A DNA stretch of 63,207 nucleotides, counting the filler, from a bacterium (GTDB taxonomy: Bacteria > JAJRZV01): NCBI GenBank assembly GCA_024275095.1. It is 8 parts of 8 records of this genome, joined end to end, with 100 filler letters (N's around TTAATTAATTAA, not from the genome) between each part and the next. Parts side by side here need not be neighbours in the genome. Positions count along the whole stretch, not along the records: positions 10,009 to 28,227 come from JAJRZV010000105.1; 7 more parts are not named here. One strand, 5' to 3'. Positions within the stretch are counted from its first letter, which is position 1. Every line of letters begins with the position of its first letter. A model generated the notes under the pieces. That model was not told the origin of the DNA. It made no database searches and was given only the letters and a program-made list of their open reading frames with translations. Shown piece by piece: positions 10,009-21,557 of the stretch. Made by a program: the position numbers and the translations under genes.

Positions 10009-10367
10009 AGCCTTTTCGTGGTACTCTCATGTACAGCATAATACGCGGGATGCAACACCGTCAAAATATAAAATTCCACGTACTTTTGTAATACATGCGG
10101 AAAACGTATCCCTGTCACGTCGGCAACCATGTTCACCATCTCTGAAGTTCGATTGCGTAACGAATCGAGAGTGTTTATTACTTTTTCTGCTATGGCCTCA
10201 GCCAGCAACTGGGGGCTTTGGCCCGAAGAACTCACACCACTCAGAAAAGCCTTCATCTCATTCACAGCGTTTAAGGGAATATCAAATTCGTATTCGGTCC
10301 CTTCCTGGACAGTGAAAAGTACATCCTTTTTGACCCTGCCCAGCTTTCTGATCTCTGAACGCCGCAT
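10009..10367 (-). CDS. Hypothetical protein, 3'-truncated at contig end
   Basis: ORF directly after the ferredoxin gene with a GAGG RBS; no family recognised. Confidence 0.6.
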
Positions 10368-10371
10368 TTAC

Positions 10372-10626
10372 CTACCTCACGTTACTCCTTTCCACGCGAA
10401 CGGCTCCGGCAGGACACTTAACCGCGCATTCCATACATCCCGTACACATGGACGCGTAAAGTGGTTTTATGCGGTAAAGGGCACCGGGAGTTTCCCTGAA
10501 TTTAAACATCTGTGAAGGTCGTGCCACGAATACAGCCGTAGGGCATATCTTAAGGCAAATTCCACACCCGAGCGGATCACTGCAACGAGAGTGATCTATG
10601 CTAATTTCAAATCGAACCATTACCAC
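10372..10626 (-). CDS. 4Fe-4S dicluster ferredoxin
   Basis: CSDPLGCGICLKICP and CTGCMECAVKCP. Confidence 0.9.
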   Translation of the reverse strand: MVMVRFEISIDHSRCSDPLGCGICLKICPTAVFVARPSQMFKFRETPGALYRIKPLYASMCTGCMECAVKCPAGAVRVERSNVR

Positions 10627-11447
10627 TCCTGGGCAAGTCCTGCAAGAGATTCTCTTTCAACTAATTTTATAGCGTTGTGTTTGCACTTCTTTTCGCAGAG
10701 TCCACAGCCGAAACATCTAAAAGGATTAATTTGTGCCTTGAGCATCGTTCTCTCAATATTGATGGCTCTAAACTGGCATCTCTCCACACACAGGCCGCAT
10801 CCTGTGCACATATCTCTATCGAGCAAAGCCACATACTCTCCTTTCACCAGCATGCTGATGCCATAATCCAGCCGGTTTCTGATACCAATACATGCGGGGT
10901 ATTCGCAATTGCAGATACCCCCTATGTAAGGTGTTCCAAACACCCAGAAAGTGTGTACCAGGCCCGCCTCGTTCACCTGTTCCAGCCACGCCTTCGCTTC
11001 CTCGGGGGTCATGAAGTGCACTCCTCCACGGTAGCTTTCCGGCCATCTCTCCCACTTGTACATGCCGACTCCAATACCCATACAAAAGAAGTTTTCATCG
11101 TCTTTAAAACCTCGAGACCTGCGACGACACACACAGGAGAGACGAGCAATGGGATAGGCAATATCCATAATTTTTTTTACCTGTTCCAGTGTAACCACCT
11201 GTCCGAAGTGGACATTTTGTGCCATTTTCTCGGCCTGGGTTTTCAATTCCATGTACTTTTTTGTATCCCCAAGATCGCGGGCACGAATGGCCTGTTCGAT
11301 AATATCTTCTGCCATGGTCTGAATATCTGGTACAACGCCCTCCTTTTTCATCTCCTCTTTTCTGAGTCGGAACATTTTGCGGGCGTAGTTCGCAGTATTT
11401 TCATACCATCTTCCGCCATTTCCGTGTTTAACACACCAATCACACAC
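10620..11447 (-). CDS. 4Fe-4S binding protein with Cys-rich N-terminal domain
   Basis: MCDWC..HG, CVCRR, ICNC...C, then CTGCGLCVERC and CFGCGLCEKKC. Confidence 0.88.
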   Translation of the reverse strand: MCDWCVKHGNGGRWYENTANYARKMFRLRKEEMKKEGVVPDIQTMAEDIIEQAIRARDLGDTKKYMELKTQAEKMAQNVHFGQVVTLEQVKKIMDIAYPIARLSCVCRRRSRGFKDDENFFCMGIGVGMYKWERWPESYRGGVHFMTPEEAKAWLEQVNEAGLVHTFWVFGTPYIGGICNCEYPACIGIRNRLDYGISMLVKGEYVALLDRDMCTGCGLCVERCQFRAINIERTMLKAQINPFRCFGCGLCEKKCKHNAIKLVERESLAGLAQEW

Positions 11448-11547
11448 GGGATTCCCCTTTCAATTTCCTCGTCAATGTAATTCTTTCACCAAAATCCCGG
11501 AGAAACAACAAGAAATTTATTAAATTTATTAAAATATATAAATGACC

Positions 11548-11781
11548 TCAGGCTGTTTGAGATTCTTCTGAGGGGACTTCTTTCTTTCCGCCTTTACTCT
11601 GGGCAAGCCGTGCCTGTAATTTGCGTACACGGCGCTGCACTCTTTTAAGTTTCTTTCTGAATTTCCTGAATTCCTCGAGGGAAAGCTCCCCCTTTGTAAA
11701 CGCCTCCTTTTTCTGCTTGTAAAGTTCTTCGAGCCGGTCCTTTCTTGCTTTGAGTTTCTCAAGCAGTGCCTGAGTTCCCAT
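11548..11781 (-). CDS. Small basic coiled-coil hypothetical protein
   Basis: AGGAGG RBS; Lys/Arg-rich helical ORF overlapping the end of the hydrolase gene. Confidence 0.6.
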   Translation of the reverse strand: MGTQALLEKLKARKDRLEELYKQKKEAFTKGELSLEEFRKFRKKLKRVQRRVRKLQARLAQSKGGKKEVPSEESQTA

Positions 11782-12703
11782 TAAACTTCCTCCTTATGGC
11801 ATGTCTGTTCAGTATATATTTCATTACTTCGAAAACCCTGGCATTGAATAGTAAACCCATATGCCCTACAAAATCAACACGGATATTCACTGCTTTAGGA
11901 GTACATTCAACTTTAGCAAGTTCTGGAGGCACAACGGCCATATCAAAAGGCGACCATATAGAATAAACTTTCACCTTCTCCAGATTTTTGATATTTTCCT
12001 GATTAATCTTACGTATAAATTCACCTCGAGGATTCATCTGAGCAGCACTTTTGAAGGTACCCACGAAGAACAATTCTGTTCCCTGGTGAGGAGTCCCAAG
12101 AGTAATAAGCGTGTTAACCCGTTTATATCCACCAAGGAACTGAATGTAATAACGCGATACCAATCCACCAAGCGAATGCGCAACAATATCAACCTTATTG
12201 AAAGGAGAACTCTTGAGAACACTTCCTATTCTCCGTGAAAGAGTTACTGCCATTTCTTCCACGTAGTGTTTGTGCGTCTTCAAATTGAGAAGATACACGT
12301 ACGACCATGAACTTTCCTTCAGACGCCTGCGCATCAGGAGAAAATTGGAATTATTCATCACATAGCCATGGACAAGCATTACCGGATTTTTAACCGTTCT
12401 TTTCTCTTCACGGGGTGGTTTGAATACCTGGGGCGTCAGTGGCTCGTTCCATTCCACAAATCCCAGCGGATAAAGCGCAATGGTTAAAGCACTGGCAAAG
12501 CTTTCGTCTATAATTCCAGAAACGATATTTTTCAAAAATTCCCACTCGCGACCTTTAAGCCTGTTCATTGTGTGCGAGAGGTCTCTTTCAAAGCGTTCAA
12601 GAATTCCTGAGACACTGATTATACGGTCCTCAAGTCTCCTCTTGATGGTGGCTCTGATATTATCGAAAATTGAAGAGCCCATGGAGGTTCTGGGCGAATA
12701 CAC
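11759..12703 (-). CDS. Alpha/beta hydrolase (lipase/esterase, lipase-2/PGAP1-like)
   Basis: LVHG oxyanion motif, AHSLGG nucleophile, LGTPHQG, D..V, GHMGLL. Confidence 0.9.
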   Translation of the reverse strand: MYSPRTSMGSSIFDNIRATIKRRLEDRIISVSGILERFERDLSHTMNRLKGREWEFLKNIVSGIIDESFASALTIALYPLGFVEWNEPLTPQVFKPPREEKRTVKNPVMLVHGYVMNNSNFLLMRRRLKESSWSYVYLLNLKTHKHYVEEMAVTLSRRIGSVLKSSPFNKVDIVAHSLGGLVSRYYIQFLGGYKRVNTLITLGTPHQGTELFFVGTFKSAAQMNPRGEFIRKINQENIKNLEKVKVYSIWSPFDMAVVPPELAKVECTPKAVNIRVDFVGHMGLLFNARVFEVMKYILNRHAIRRKFNGNSGTA

Positions 12704-12705
12704 TT

Positions 12706-13266
12706 TCAGGAACGTGAACTCCTTTTTTTCAATTTATTCACATCTTTCTTGAGTTCATCCAGCTCCGAACGAATCTGACGCAGTTCTTTCACCACGGTGC
12801 CCAGACCGGGGATGCGATTGATGGCTTCCTGAAGTGCCTCATCTACTTTCTTTTCTATCTCCTGAACACCTGTTTGAGCAGTTGTAAGAATTTCCTTGAA
12901 CTTGGTCTTCCCTCCATCCGCACGGGGCTCGCTTTTCTTCACGAGCTCGCGTATGCGCTTTTCCGCTTCACGAAGGTTGGCCTTCTCTATGAGACTGAGC
13001 TTCTCGAGCATGTCATTAAGACTTTCTTCTCCGTACTGAATGATCTTTTTGAGAAAATCTATGGGTAAAATTTTCTTCTTCTTTTTTTCGGACTCGTAAA
13101 TGATTTGAGTAAGCACTGTGGAAGTAATATCTTCTCCTGTTTTGTTTTCGACTACCTTAAACTCTACACCTTCAGAGATCAGGTGTGCCAGTTCGTCAAG
13201 GGTAATGTATCTGGAGGTCTCGGTATCGTAAAGTTTTCTGTTCTGATAACGCTTTATGATGCGCAT
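12706..13266 (-). CDS. Polyhydroxyalkanoate synthesis regulator, PhaR-like DNA-binding protein
   Basis: IIKRYQNRKLYDTETSRYITL...TGEDITSTVLTQII (PHB_acc_N domain). Confidence 0.88.
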   Translation of the reverse strand: MRIIKRYQNRKLYDTETSRYITLDELAHLISEGVEFKVVENKTGEDITSTVLTQIIYESEKKKKKILPIDFLKKIIQYGEESLNDMLEKLSLIEKANLREAEKRIRELVKKSEPRADGGKTKFKEILTTAQTGVQEIEKKVDEALQEAINRIPGLGTVVKELRQIRSELDELKKDVNKLKKRSSRS

Positions 13267-13339
13267 GCTAACTCAGTTAACACAATGCGTTATTTCTGTC
13301 AAGCAATTATGCGTACATAAAAGAAAATGTCGCGTTGCG

Positions 13340-13954
13340 TCAGGACTGAACAGCAGAGCTGTTTTTTTTCACTCTTAAAAAATGTTCAATCTCCGATCCT
13401 GCTATATCAAGAAGCTGGACAATAATTCTGGCAGTGGCTCCCCATACAACTTCACCATCGTAGTAAAAGCGATAGTTTTTAAGTACTCCGCCATCAAACA
13501 AAATCTCAAAGGGTTCTATGGCATCTGGTTTAAGAAGAAATGAAAAAGGTACTTCAAATACACGGGCAATCTCCTGCGTCTGCACCGAATAGTTCAACCT
13601 GTCACAGACAACACCCACGACAGGATAAATATGAAAATTGGTTACCGCTGTGACAATGGGTTTCAGGGCACCCACCACTTCCACCTGATCACGTAACAGG
13701 CCTATCTCCTCCTCCGCTTCCCTGAGAGCGGTATCTAAAAGATTGGCATCTCTCTCTGGCTCAAAGCGTCCTCCAGGGAAACTTACTTCTCCCGCATGGT
13801 GGGGAAGGTTGCTGGCGCGACGCGTGAGTATGAGATACACGTCACCATCGCTTTCTCGAAGAGGAACAAGCACTGCAGAAGGGTTTGTATTACAATTCGG
13901 TAGTTCCAGAGAAACCGAATACAAAACCTTTTTGAGCAACGTCGCGAGATTCAA
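13340..13954 (-). CDS. CoA pyrophosphatase (Nudix, NudL/Pcd1-like)
   Basis: LTRRA...HAGEVSFPGG, ALREAEEEIGL Nudix box, VWGATA. Confidence 0.92.
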   Translation of the reverse strand: MNLATLLKKVLYSVSLELPNCNTNPSAVLVPLRESDGDVYLILTRRASNLPHHAGEVSFPGGRFEPERDANLLDTALREAEEEIGLLRDQVEVVGALKPIVTAVTNFHIYPVVGVVCDRLNYSVQTQEIARVFEVPFSFLLKPDAIEPFEILFDGGVLKNYRFYYDGEVVWGATARIIVQLLDIAGSEIEHFLRVKKNSSAVQS

Positions 13955-14040
13955 TATACCCTTTTACAAAGTCAGTTTTAAAATCATCATTAAAAATGTC
14001 AATGTTATCCCAGCGTCCCGATTGATGGCACTCACGTGGC

Positions 14041-14409
14041 TCAAAGACATTTGTCGCATATCCCGTAAATTTTCAGGTGCATGCGTTTTACTTTACCAGG
14101 AACACGTGATAATATTCCAGCCAATTTATTCGAAATATCCTCTTCTACATCGTAAACACCACCGCATGATTCACAGTAAAAATGCTGGTGAGGGTGCGTG
14201 AATCCATCCCACCGGGAACTTCGATCTGCAAACGCAAGTTCAATAATTTCGCCCCTGTCGCGCAAAAGATGAAGCGTCCTGTAAACCGTACCAAAAGAGA
14301 TAGTAGGGATTCTTTTTTTTACATGATTGTACAACTCCTTAGCCGTTGGATGCGTCTTGAGATTTCTTAGTTCTTCAAGTATGATTTGCCGTTGAATGGT
14401 TTGTCTCAT
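14041..14409 (-). CDS. Fur/PerR family transcriptional regulator
   Basis: HPTAKELY, TVYRTL, HQHFYCESCG, YGICDKC. Confidence 0.93.
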   Translation of the reverse strand: MRQTIQRQIILEELRNLKTHPTAKELYNHVKKRIPTISFGTVYRTLHLLRDRGEIIELAFADRSSRWDGFTHPHQHFYCESCGGVYDVEEDISNKLAGILSRVPGKVKRMHLKIYGICDKCL

Positions 14410-14552
14410 GATAGTTCATACTATCACCCGGTAACACTTGTTTTCAATAACGTATGAATAATGACATAGATTTATATTGCACAGAAATATCAAAAAAATA
14501 TTATGCTTAACACTGAAAGTAAAAAAACAAAACATAACCATTCACGGGAAAC

Positions 14553-15029
14553 GTGATGAACAAGCAGGTGCAGACTCGGTTGAACGAATGGATGCGAATG
14601 GCTCTGAAAGAGGCACAGAAAGCTCAAAATGAAGGAGAAGTTCCCGTGGGAGCGATAGTAGTGGATAAAAACGGAACGATTGTTGCCAAAGCCCACAACC
14701 AGAGCATCGCCAGGAACGATCCAACAGCTCATGCAGAAATCCTGGCTCTGAGAAAAGCTGGGGCACGTTTGAAAAATTATAGATTGGCTGAGTGTATACT
14801 GGTGGTTACTGTCGAGCCGTGTCCCATGTGTGCGGGGGCTGCAGTATGGTCACGAATAAAGGCTCTTGTTTTTGGTGCCCGTGACGAGAGGTACGGAGCA
14901 TGTGGCAGCGTGTTTCAAATCGCCAACTCACCCAAACTCAACCACCGTCCAGAAATTGTAGGAGGAATACTTGAGCATGAATGCGCCGGTCTCATGATCC
15001 AGTTTTTCAAAGAAAGGAGGGCAAAATGA
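14553..15029 (+). CDS. tadA: tRNA adenosine(34) deaminase
   Basis: [28 protein letters not shown]. Confidence 0.95.
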   Translation: MMNKQVQTRLNEWMRMALKEAQKAQNEGEVPVGAIVVDKNGTIVAKAHNQSIARNDPTAHAEILALRKAGARLKNYRLAECILVVTVEPCPMCAGAAVWSRIKALVFGARDERYGACGSVFQIANSPKLNHRPEIVGGILEHECAGLMIQFFKERRAK

Positions 15030-15232
15030 AACCCAAAGTGTGCAACGAAGAGGCAAATCGTAAATATTGTAACTGTACATACGAGCCCTGCCCCAGAAAG
15101 TACCGTTGCTGCGAATGTATCCTCTACCACCGAAAACGCCGAGAACTCCCGGCTTGTTTTTTCCCGCCCGAGGCTGAACGCACGTATGACAGGTCCATCG
15201 AACATTTCATCCGGGTACATAAGGGATTCTAA
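15026..15232 (+). CDS. Small Cys-rich conserved protein (DUF6485-like)
   Basis: AGGAGG RBS, ATG at 15026; [18 protein letters not shown]....ELPACFF...ERTYDRS. Confidence 0.8.
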   Translation: MKPKVCNEEANRKYCNCTYEPCPRKYRCCECILYHRKRRELPACFFPPEAERTYDRSIEHFIRVHKGF

Positions 15233-15237
15233 AAGGT

Positions 15238-16656
15238 ATGGGCAAAGAAAATGCCTATATTGTGGGAATATGTGGATCTGGTATGGCTTCGCTTGCGGGT
15301 GCTCTCAGTGAATTAGGGTTTAACGTGTGTGGCTCTGATGCACGATGTTATCCCCCTGCATCGGACATGCTTGAAAAAATTCCTGGATTAATCGTAAAAA
15401 ATGGGTACAGGGAAGAAAACATTCCTGAAAAAGTGGATTTCGCCGTGGTAGGAAATGTCGTAAGTGCGGATAATCCTGAAGTAAAAGTTCTTAAAAAAAG
15501 GAAAATCCCCATCTATACTCTTCCATTTGCCATTAACAGGTATTTATTAAAAGACCGACTTTCTATAGTGGTAACCGGCACCCACGGCAAAACCACGACC
15601 ACCACCCTCATCGCCTGGATGTTAATAAACGCGGGAGAAGATCCAGTGTACTTGGCAGGTGGAATATCCGTAAATCTCGGGCGTTCCTACTATGTAGGAG
15701 AAGGCGGCATAGGAGTAATAGAAGGAGATGAGTACCCCACCGCATATTTCAATAAAAAGCCTAAGATGCTTCAATACAAAGTGAACTTGGGCATAATTAC
15801 TTCCATCGAGTATGACCACCTGGACGTATATCAGAGCTTCGAAGAGTATAAAAACACCTTTATCTCATTTGGGAAAAAATGCGATTCCCTCGTCGCGTGC
15901 CTCGATGATCCCGGCGTTGCAGAACTTGTTGAAGAAAAGAAAATCTCACCATCTATCTCGTATGGCATAAATGGTGGAACACTCTTAGCGGAAAGGGTCA
16001 TGTTTCGCAGGGGATGGTCCTATTTCGATGTAATATACCGGAATCGCCGTGTGGGACGCTTCAGGTTGAGCATGAGCGGCTATCACAACGTGAGAAACGC
16101 CCTTGCTGCTCTGGGTGTGGGTATTATTCTCGATCTAAGCTATGGGGAAATGAAAAAAGGCCTTGAAACATTTCGTGGAGTGAAAAGACGCCAGGAAATC
16201 ATCTGGGACACAGGAGCCGTAACCATAATAGATGACTTTGCACATCATCCTACAGCTGTGAAGGAAACGTTGCTGGCTGTCAGGCGCAGATATCCGGATC
16301 GCAGACTATGGGCGGTGTTTGAACCCCGCTCCTACAGTGCACGGACTTCTGTCATGGAAGATGCGCTCTCAGAGGCACTTGCAATGGGTGATATTGTCAT
16401 CATTGCTCCTCCCTACACCGGGGTAAAAGGTAAACATACCTTATTAAATCCTCAAAAAGTCGTGAGTTCACTCAACGGAAAAGTTCAGGAAGCACGGTTT
16501 ATGGAAAAGGTTGCAGACATGGTGAAACATGTGGCATCCAATCTCCGAAAGGGGGATGTCGTTGTGATCATGAGCAGTGGTGATTTCGGGGGCTTCACAG
16601 GAAAATTGCGAGAGGAGGTAGAAAAGCGTGAGGCTCGTGATTCAAAGGGTGCGTAA
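15238..16656 (+). CDS. mpl: Murein peptide ligase Mpl (MurC-family ligase)
   Basis: [43 protein letters not shown] (Mpl-type). Confidence 0.85.
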   Translation: MGKENAYIVGICGSGMASLAGALSELGFNVCGSDARCYPPASDMLEKIPGLIVKNGYREENIPEKVDFAVVGNVVSADNPEVKVLKKRKIPIYTLPFAINRYLLKDRLSIVVTGTHGKTTTTTLIAWMLINAGEDPVYLAGGISVNLGRSYYVGEGGIGVIEGDEYPTAYFNKKPKMLQYKVNLGIITSIEYDHLDVYQSFEEYKNTFISFGKKCDSLVACLDDPGVAELVEEKKISPSISYGINGGTLLAERVMFRRGWSYFDVIYRNRRVGRFRLSMSGYHNVRNALAALGVGIILDLSYGEMKKGLETFRGVKRRQEIIWDTGAVTIIDDFAHHPTAVKETLLAVRRRYPDRRLWAVFEPRSYSARTSVMEDALSEALAMGDIVIIAPPYTGVKGKHTLLNPQKVVSSLNGKVQEARFMEKVADMVKHVASNLRKGDVVVIMSSGDFGGFTGKLREEVEKREARDSKGA

Positions 16657-17077
16657 AGCCAGTGTTGAAGTAGACGGAGAAAGAATAAGTGACATTGGTC
16701 ATGGTCTCGCAGTGCTCGCGGGCGTGGGCAGTGACGACGATGAAAAAGACATAGAATATGCCATACGTAAAATTTCTCAGTTGAGAATATTCGAAGACGA
16801 TAGTGGAAAGATGAATCTTTCTGTGAAAGATGTAAATGGTGAGGTACTGGTTGTAAGTCAATTCACGCTTTTCGGAGATGTGAGAAAGGGCAACAGACCC
16901 TCTTTCGATAAGGCGGCATCATTTGATAAAGGAAAACATCTCTATTACAAACTCCTGGAGGGACTCAGGGCAGGGGGGCTGAAAGTGAAAGAAGGAAGAT
17001 ATGGAGCCCACATGGTCGTGATGTTTGAAAACGATGGACCTGTTACAATTTTGATAGATACCAAAAAGACCTTTTGA
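16628..17077 (+). CDS. dtd: D-aminoacyl-tRNA deacylase
   Basis: MRLVIQRV, SQFTL, GNRPSF, NDGPVT. Confidence 0.97.
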   Translation: MRLVIQRVRKASVEVDGERISDIGHGLAVLAGVGSDDDEKDIEYAIRKISQLRIFEDDSGKMNLSVKDVNGEVLVVSQFTLFGDVRKGNRPSFDKAASFDKGKHLYYKLLEGLRAGGLKVKEGRYGAHMVVMFENDGPVTILIDTKKTF

Positions 17078-17958
17078 AACCATTGAAGCTCTTTTCTCAA
17101 CATTTGAGGGAGGTGTTCGGCACGAGAGTCTGGCGGGTATCTGTGGATGCAGGGTTTTCGTGCCCCAACCGCAGCAGTGATCGTAAAACAGGAGGATGCA
17201 TATACTGCAACAATGAAGCATTCACGCCCTCTTACATAGACAGAACCCTCCCTCTGACCCAGCAGGTGAAAAAGGGAATGGAACTTCTCAGACTCACAAA
17301 AAATGTCAAAAGCTTTCTTGTATACTTTCAGCCTTTTACCGCCACTTTCGCAGACGTCTCAACGGTGGAACGAATGCTTAACGAAGTTATCAGCATCCCG
17401 GATGTTGTGGGAATAATTATAGGAACAAGACCAGATTGCATCAGCAACGAGATGGTAAATATGCTATCCAACATTGCCGGCCGTACGTATCTGTGGGTAG
17501 AGCTTGGTCTTCAAAGTGCCAGCGACAAAACGCTTAAACTTATAAACAGAGGGCACACGGTTGAAGATTTTAAAAAAGCCGCAGAAGCATTAATGCGGGC
17601 AGGTATAAAAACAGGAGCGCACGTAATTCTTGGTCTCCCCGGAGAAAAACACGAGCACTGGATGCAAACAGCGGAGCTCCTTCGTGAGATAGGAATACAT
17701 GGTGTAAAAATTCACAACATTCACGTGCTTAAAGGAACCGTGCTGGAGCAGTGGTACAGAGAGGGACGCTTCAACCCCATTACTCGAGAAGAATATATCA
17801 AGGGGTGCGTGGACTTTGTCCAGCGATTGAGAAAGGATGTCATTATAATGAGGTTCGCTTCCACGGTCCCTGAAAAGTATCTGGTTGCTCCTCAGTGGGC
17901 AATAGACCATCAAAGCGTGGTTGAAGAAATCAAGCAACGCCTCGGTATTTCATCCTAA
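17074..17958 (+). CDS. TIGR01212/YhcC-family radical SAM protein
   Basis: DAGFSCPNR...GGCIYCN, GTRPDC, ELGLQS, INRGH. Confidence 0.92.
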   Translation: MKPLKLFSQHLREVFGTRVWRVSVDAGFSCPNRSSDRKTGGCIYCNNEAFTPSYIDRTLPLTQQVKKGMELLRLTKNVKSFLVYFQPFTATFADVSTVERMLNEVISIPDVVGIIIGTRPDCISNEMVNMLSNIAGRTYLWVELGLQSASDKTLKLINRGHTVEDFKKAAEALMRAGIKTGAHVILGLPGEKHEHWMQTAELLREIGIHGVKIHNIHVLKGTVLEQWYREGRFNPITREEYIKGCVDFVQRLRKDVIIMRFASTVPEKYLVAPQWAIDHQSVVEEIKQRLGISS

Positions 17959-20425
17959 AAACACACCAGGGCACCAGGAAAATAATCATTGCAAGTACGA
18001 TGGTAAAGATACCGTCCGGGCCGGCTGGAGAATGGCTGCACGTACAGGAAGGACTTTTCTGAAGAGAGGTTTCAAAAGAAGAAAACGCCTCGGGAGAATA
18101 CACTGCCATGGCGAGCATGTATCCCAGGGATTGCTCCCACACATGCGGAATGGCCACCCGATTATCAAACACGTCCGCTACACCGTCTCCGTCCGTATCA
18201 ATGGAAACAACAACTTCTCCCATGTGGTGTGTATCCTGTGTGGGTACATCTTTAAGGAGTATATTTGCGAGCTCCCTGACTTCGGCCATCTTGTCAGGAT
18301 CGTTCCTGTAAAAAAGAGCGAGAGCAATGAGGATCTTCCCCAGGTACGAAAATCCCTCGGTTTTTCCCTCCAGGTGCGGCCGCACGTATTCCAGGAGTTT
18401 TTCAGCCTGCGAGGCTTCCTCTGCTTCACCCTTGAAGACACCCACAGGCCATATGAGCCATGCCTGTGCCCCTGGATTCTTTTCAGACTGAAGATTCCAC
18501 TCGTGGCGTCCAGAGTCAATATCAATCATGAATTGATTGGGCATGAACTCTCCTTCTTCTTCATTGTAAAGGTACGCACGAATTGCGTCCTTGAGCTCGC
18601 TCATGCGGGCTCGAAGAGCGTTGAGGAAATCTCCATCTTCGCCGTAATATTCTGCTGCTTCTGCAGCGCTTTCAAGTGCTGCGTACACTGTCACTGCTCC
18701 CTGAAGTCTTCTGGTAGGATAAAAACTGTCATCTTCAAACGCCCAGCACTGCAGTCCTGTCTCATCGTCCCGACAGTCCATGAGAGAGCGAGCTGCAATA
18801 ACGATGGAAGGATAAATGTTTTTTATATAGTTCTCCCGTTGTGCCGGGTCCGAAATAAACTAGGCATGATTCCACAGCGTCCATACGGCAAGTCCTGTCT
18901 CGTCTATCTCAAAGAATATGGGACCTCCCGGCATTCCGTCGGCATAATAGTTCATTTCAAATGTACCCTCGAGGTTAATACGGCTTCCCACGAGAAGTGT
19001 GAACTGTGGATTTTTTCTCTGCACATCGATGTAAAAATTGTTATGCAGTGTGGCCATGTCAACGTAACCGGCAATGTCCAGCGCAGCGTTGATGAAGGCT
19101 CCATCACGGGGCCAATCAAGATTGTACGGTGGCTGGGTAGAAACTGATGCCACTATAGCTCCGGTGTCTCTATCCATGGCAGTTTTGATAGATATGAGAG
19201 CGCGCTTGGAAAACGCAATAATCTTCTCGTCTTCAGTATCCGGCAACCGCGCCTTTGAAACCCAGTCGCGCCAGTAGGTCTGGGTCTCGGATATGAGGCT
19301 CGTGTATCCTTTTTCACGTGCCCATTCAAGCGCTGCCACGGCCTCGTTGTAAGAGGAGCCAAAAGCCATAATCAGCGTAGCTTCCCAATACTCTCCAGCA
19401 TTCACATCCCTGGCAAGAGCGAAGTTAACGGTACAGTGACTGAATTTTTCTCCTGGCAGATTTCCTGACTCCGCGGCAGCAAAAGCGGATTTGGGTATAT
19501 AGGGCGGCTCTTCCAGGTACGGATCGTAACGAGTATCAGTGGGACACCCTGTGTTCATGTCATATCCAACCTGGTAGGCATCATTGCCTTCCAGAAAACC
19601 TGTTGCAACGAACACCGCTTCCTTGCCCCGGGTGAGTTCAGGCAAACCTTCCAGAAGTGCTGACACTTCATCGTCTGTGGGATACGGGAACGCTATAATG
19701 TAATCCAGCAGGTCCTCGAGCTCAGCTCCTGAATACGTGAACTGGATAATAGCATCATGGTCTGCATCGTACACCGCGGCAAAATCATTTTGTGAATCAT
19801 CAATCCAGTCAAGGAGGGGATAATACTTCTGCTTTTGCAGGCACGGTGCCAGGTTTGCATAATATATAAGTCGAAAAAGTTTCGCACTTTCAGGAGACCA
19901 GCCACTGAAATGCACAACAAGCACATCCCTATCAGGATGTACAAATACCTGTTGTGTTATTCCAAAGGGTGAAAACTCTGAAAGTTTAGCTACATACTGG
20001 TTAACGATAATATTATCATCGTCGGTAAGATAACCCTGGGTGATTTCCCACAGGTTCTTGTCCCGAAACCAGAGCATTTTGGCAAAATCGGTTTCCTTCC
20101 TGACAAATACTCCGGCAAAGGCTCCCATATCAGCCCGTGCGCCCATGTGCTGAAGGTCACGAGCATGGTATCCCTCGTTAACACCTACAATAGCTGTCCT
20201 GTAGTTAATCTGGTCATAGTAGCTGGGTGACGGCCACCTTAAAAGCGTAATCTCTCCTTCTCGAGAAAGTCCTACCGTAAGCCCGCCATTTCCTACCGCT
20301 GCGTTAATATTAGTAGCACCGAACAAATGCTCAATTCCGTCGACCTGGTGAGCGTGACCCGGGCCTGGTAATACCGTTACAATCAAAGATAAAAATATTA
20401 CAGTAATAACTTTGCTGATTTTCAT
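17930..20425 (-). pseudogene. Secreted GH15/glucoamylase-like glycoside hydrolase with one in-frame TAG at 18860-18862
   Basis: Signal peptide; GAIVAS..., Y..DWPRDG, EIDETG; ORFs 18860-20425 and 17930-18781 are in the same frame; C-terminal CTC + TM + basic tail. Confidence 0.75.
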
Positions 20426-20997
20426 GTTTTTACTCCTTGTATAATCTGTTCAAGCATAAAAATTTTTGCGCTTCGTTCAAGTATCTCGGCAATGGATAAA
20501 CAGTAGAAAACATCGGAGCCTCCAACAAAAGCACCGTGACTTCGCACAAGCACACACGGACTATAAGCCAGTGCATCGGCCACGCATACCGCAAGTTCCC
20601 CGGAACCTGCGGGTTCAGAAACAACAACGACAGGCACTCCACCTTTAAGATAATATTTGCCCTCGACATCTACAGGAACAAATCGTCGAATATGCCCGGC
20701 GGCTGCCGTTGCATATACAGGGTGCACATGTACAACAGCATTATGGGCCGTACGCTCATATACGGCAAGGTGTACCGGCCATTCTGAACTTGCCTCCTCG
20801 GGAACATGACCACCGAGAGAGAACGAGACAACATCATCCTTTTTCAGTGCAGGGAGGGATGCTCCCTTGCGGGTAATGTATATCCGGTCGTTCAATCTTA
20901 TTGAAATATTTCCATTCTTTAAACCCACAAGGGAGAGCTGAAAAAGCCATTCGCCTGCATCTTTGAAAATAGAAAATATGTGATCACATTGCGACAT
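20422..20997 (-). CDS. Class II aldolase/adducin family protein
   Basis: GNISIR, ASSEWPVH, VVHVHP, RSHG. Confidence 0.92.
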   Translation of the reverse strand: MSQCDHIFSIFKDAGEWLFQLSLVGLKNGNISIRLNDRIYITRKGASLPALKKDDVVSFSLGGHVPEEASSEWPVHLAVYERTAHNAVVHVHPVYATAAAGHIRRFVPVDVEGKYYLKGGVPVVVVSEPAGSGELAVCVADALAYSPCVLVRSHGAFVGGSDVFYCLSIAEILERSAKIFMLEQIIQGVKT

Positions 20998-21002
20998 TAC
21001 TG

Positions 21003-21557
21003 CTATTCCTTTTCCTCCTGTTGAAGAACAAGGTAATTAAGCACGATGTTGTCACCACTCTTTCGTCCTAAAAGCAGGATGCCCCTGTCAGGATACAGGA
21101 ACCGATATTCTTCTATTTTTATCTTGTCAAGTGTCACTTCTCGACCGGTGGCCTTCTCGCGTCGAGGGTTGAGTATGTCATACCGTTTATCAGCATTTGT
21201 GAAAATATCAGCATCAAACAGCCGTCGTGTTTTTCCACGCATCCTGCTGACGTAAGACTTTCCTATAGCAATAGAGGTAACCTTCCCGCTTTCGTCATAC
21301 TCTACCCATGCATCGTCGAATACGGCCTTTCTGGAAGTCTCTATCACGGATTTAAATCCCGGGATAAATTTTTTCGCCTTCTCGAGAGAATCCCCAACCA
21401 CAACACCGAAGAAAGAAATTTTCGAGCCCGTAACATCGGGATGAGAAAACACGTCCTCTTTGGTAATCTCATAAAAAGTCTTGCCTCCAGATACCGAGGC
21501 CAGAAGCAGTAAAGATGCTAAAAGGTTAACCAGACCAGTCATCATATTCCTCCTCAA
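21003..21557 (-). CDS. Hypothetical exported protein
   Basis: N-terminal signal-like hydrophobic stretch; operon position; start uncertain. Confidence 0.65.
   Translation of the reverse strand: MRRNMMTGLVNLLASLLLLASVSGGKTFYEITKEDVFSHPDVTGSKISFFGVVVGDSLEKAKKFIPGFKSVIETSRKAVFDDAWVEYDESGKVTSIAIGKSYVSRMRGKTRRLFDADIFTNADKRYDILNPRREKATGREVTLDKIKIEEYRFLYPDRGILLLGRKSGDNIVLNYLVLQQEEKE

Noticed and set aside
17921..19147. 408-aa plus-strand ORF
   Set aside because: Antisense shadow of the GH15-like gene; no recognisable motifs
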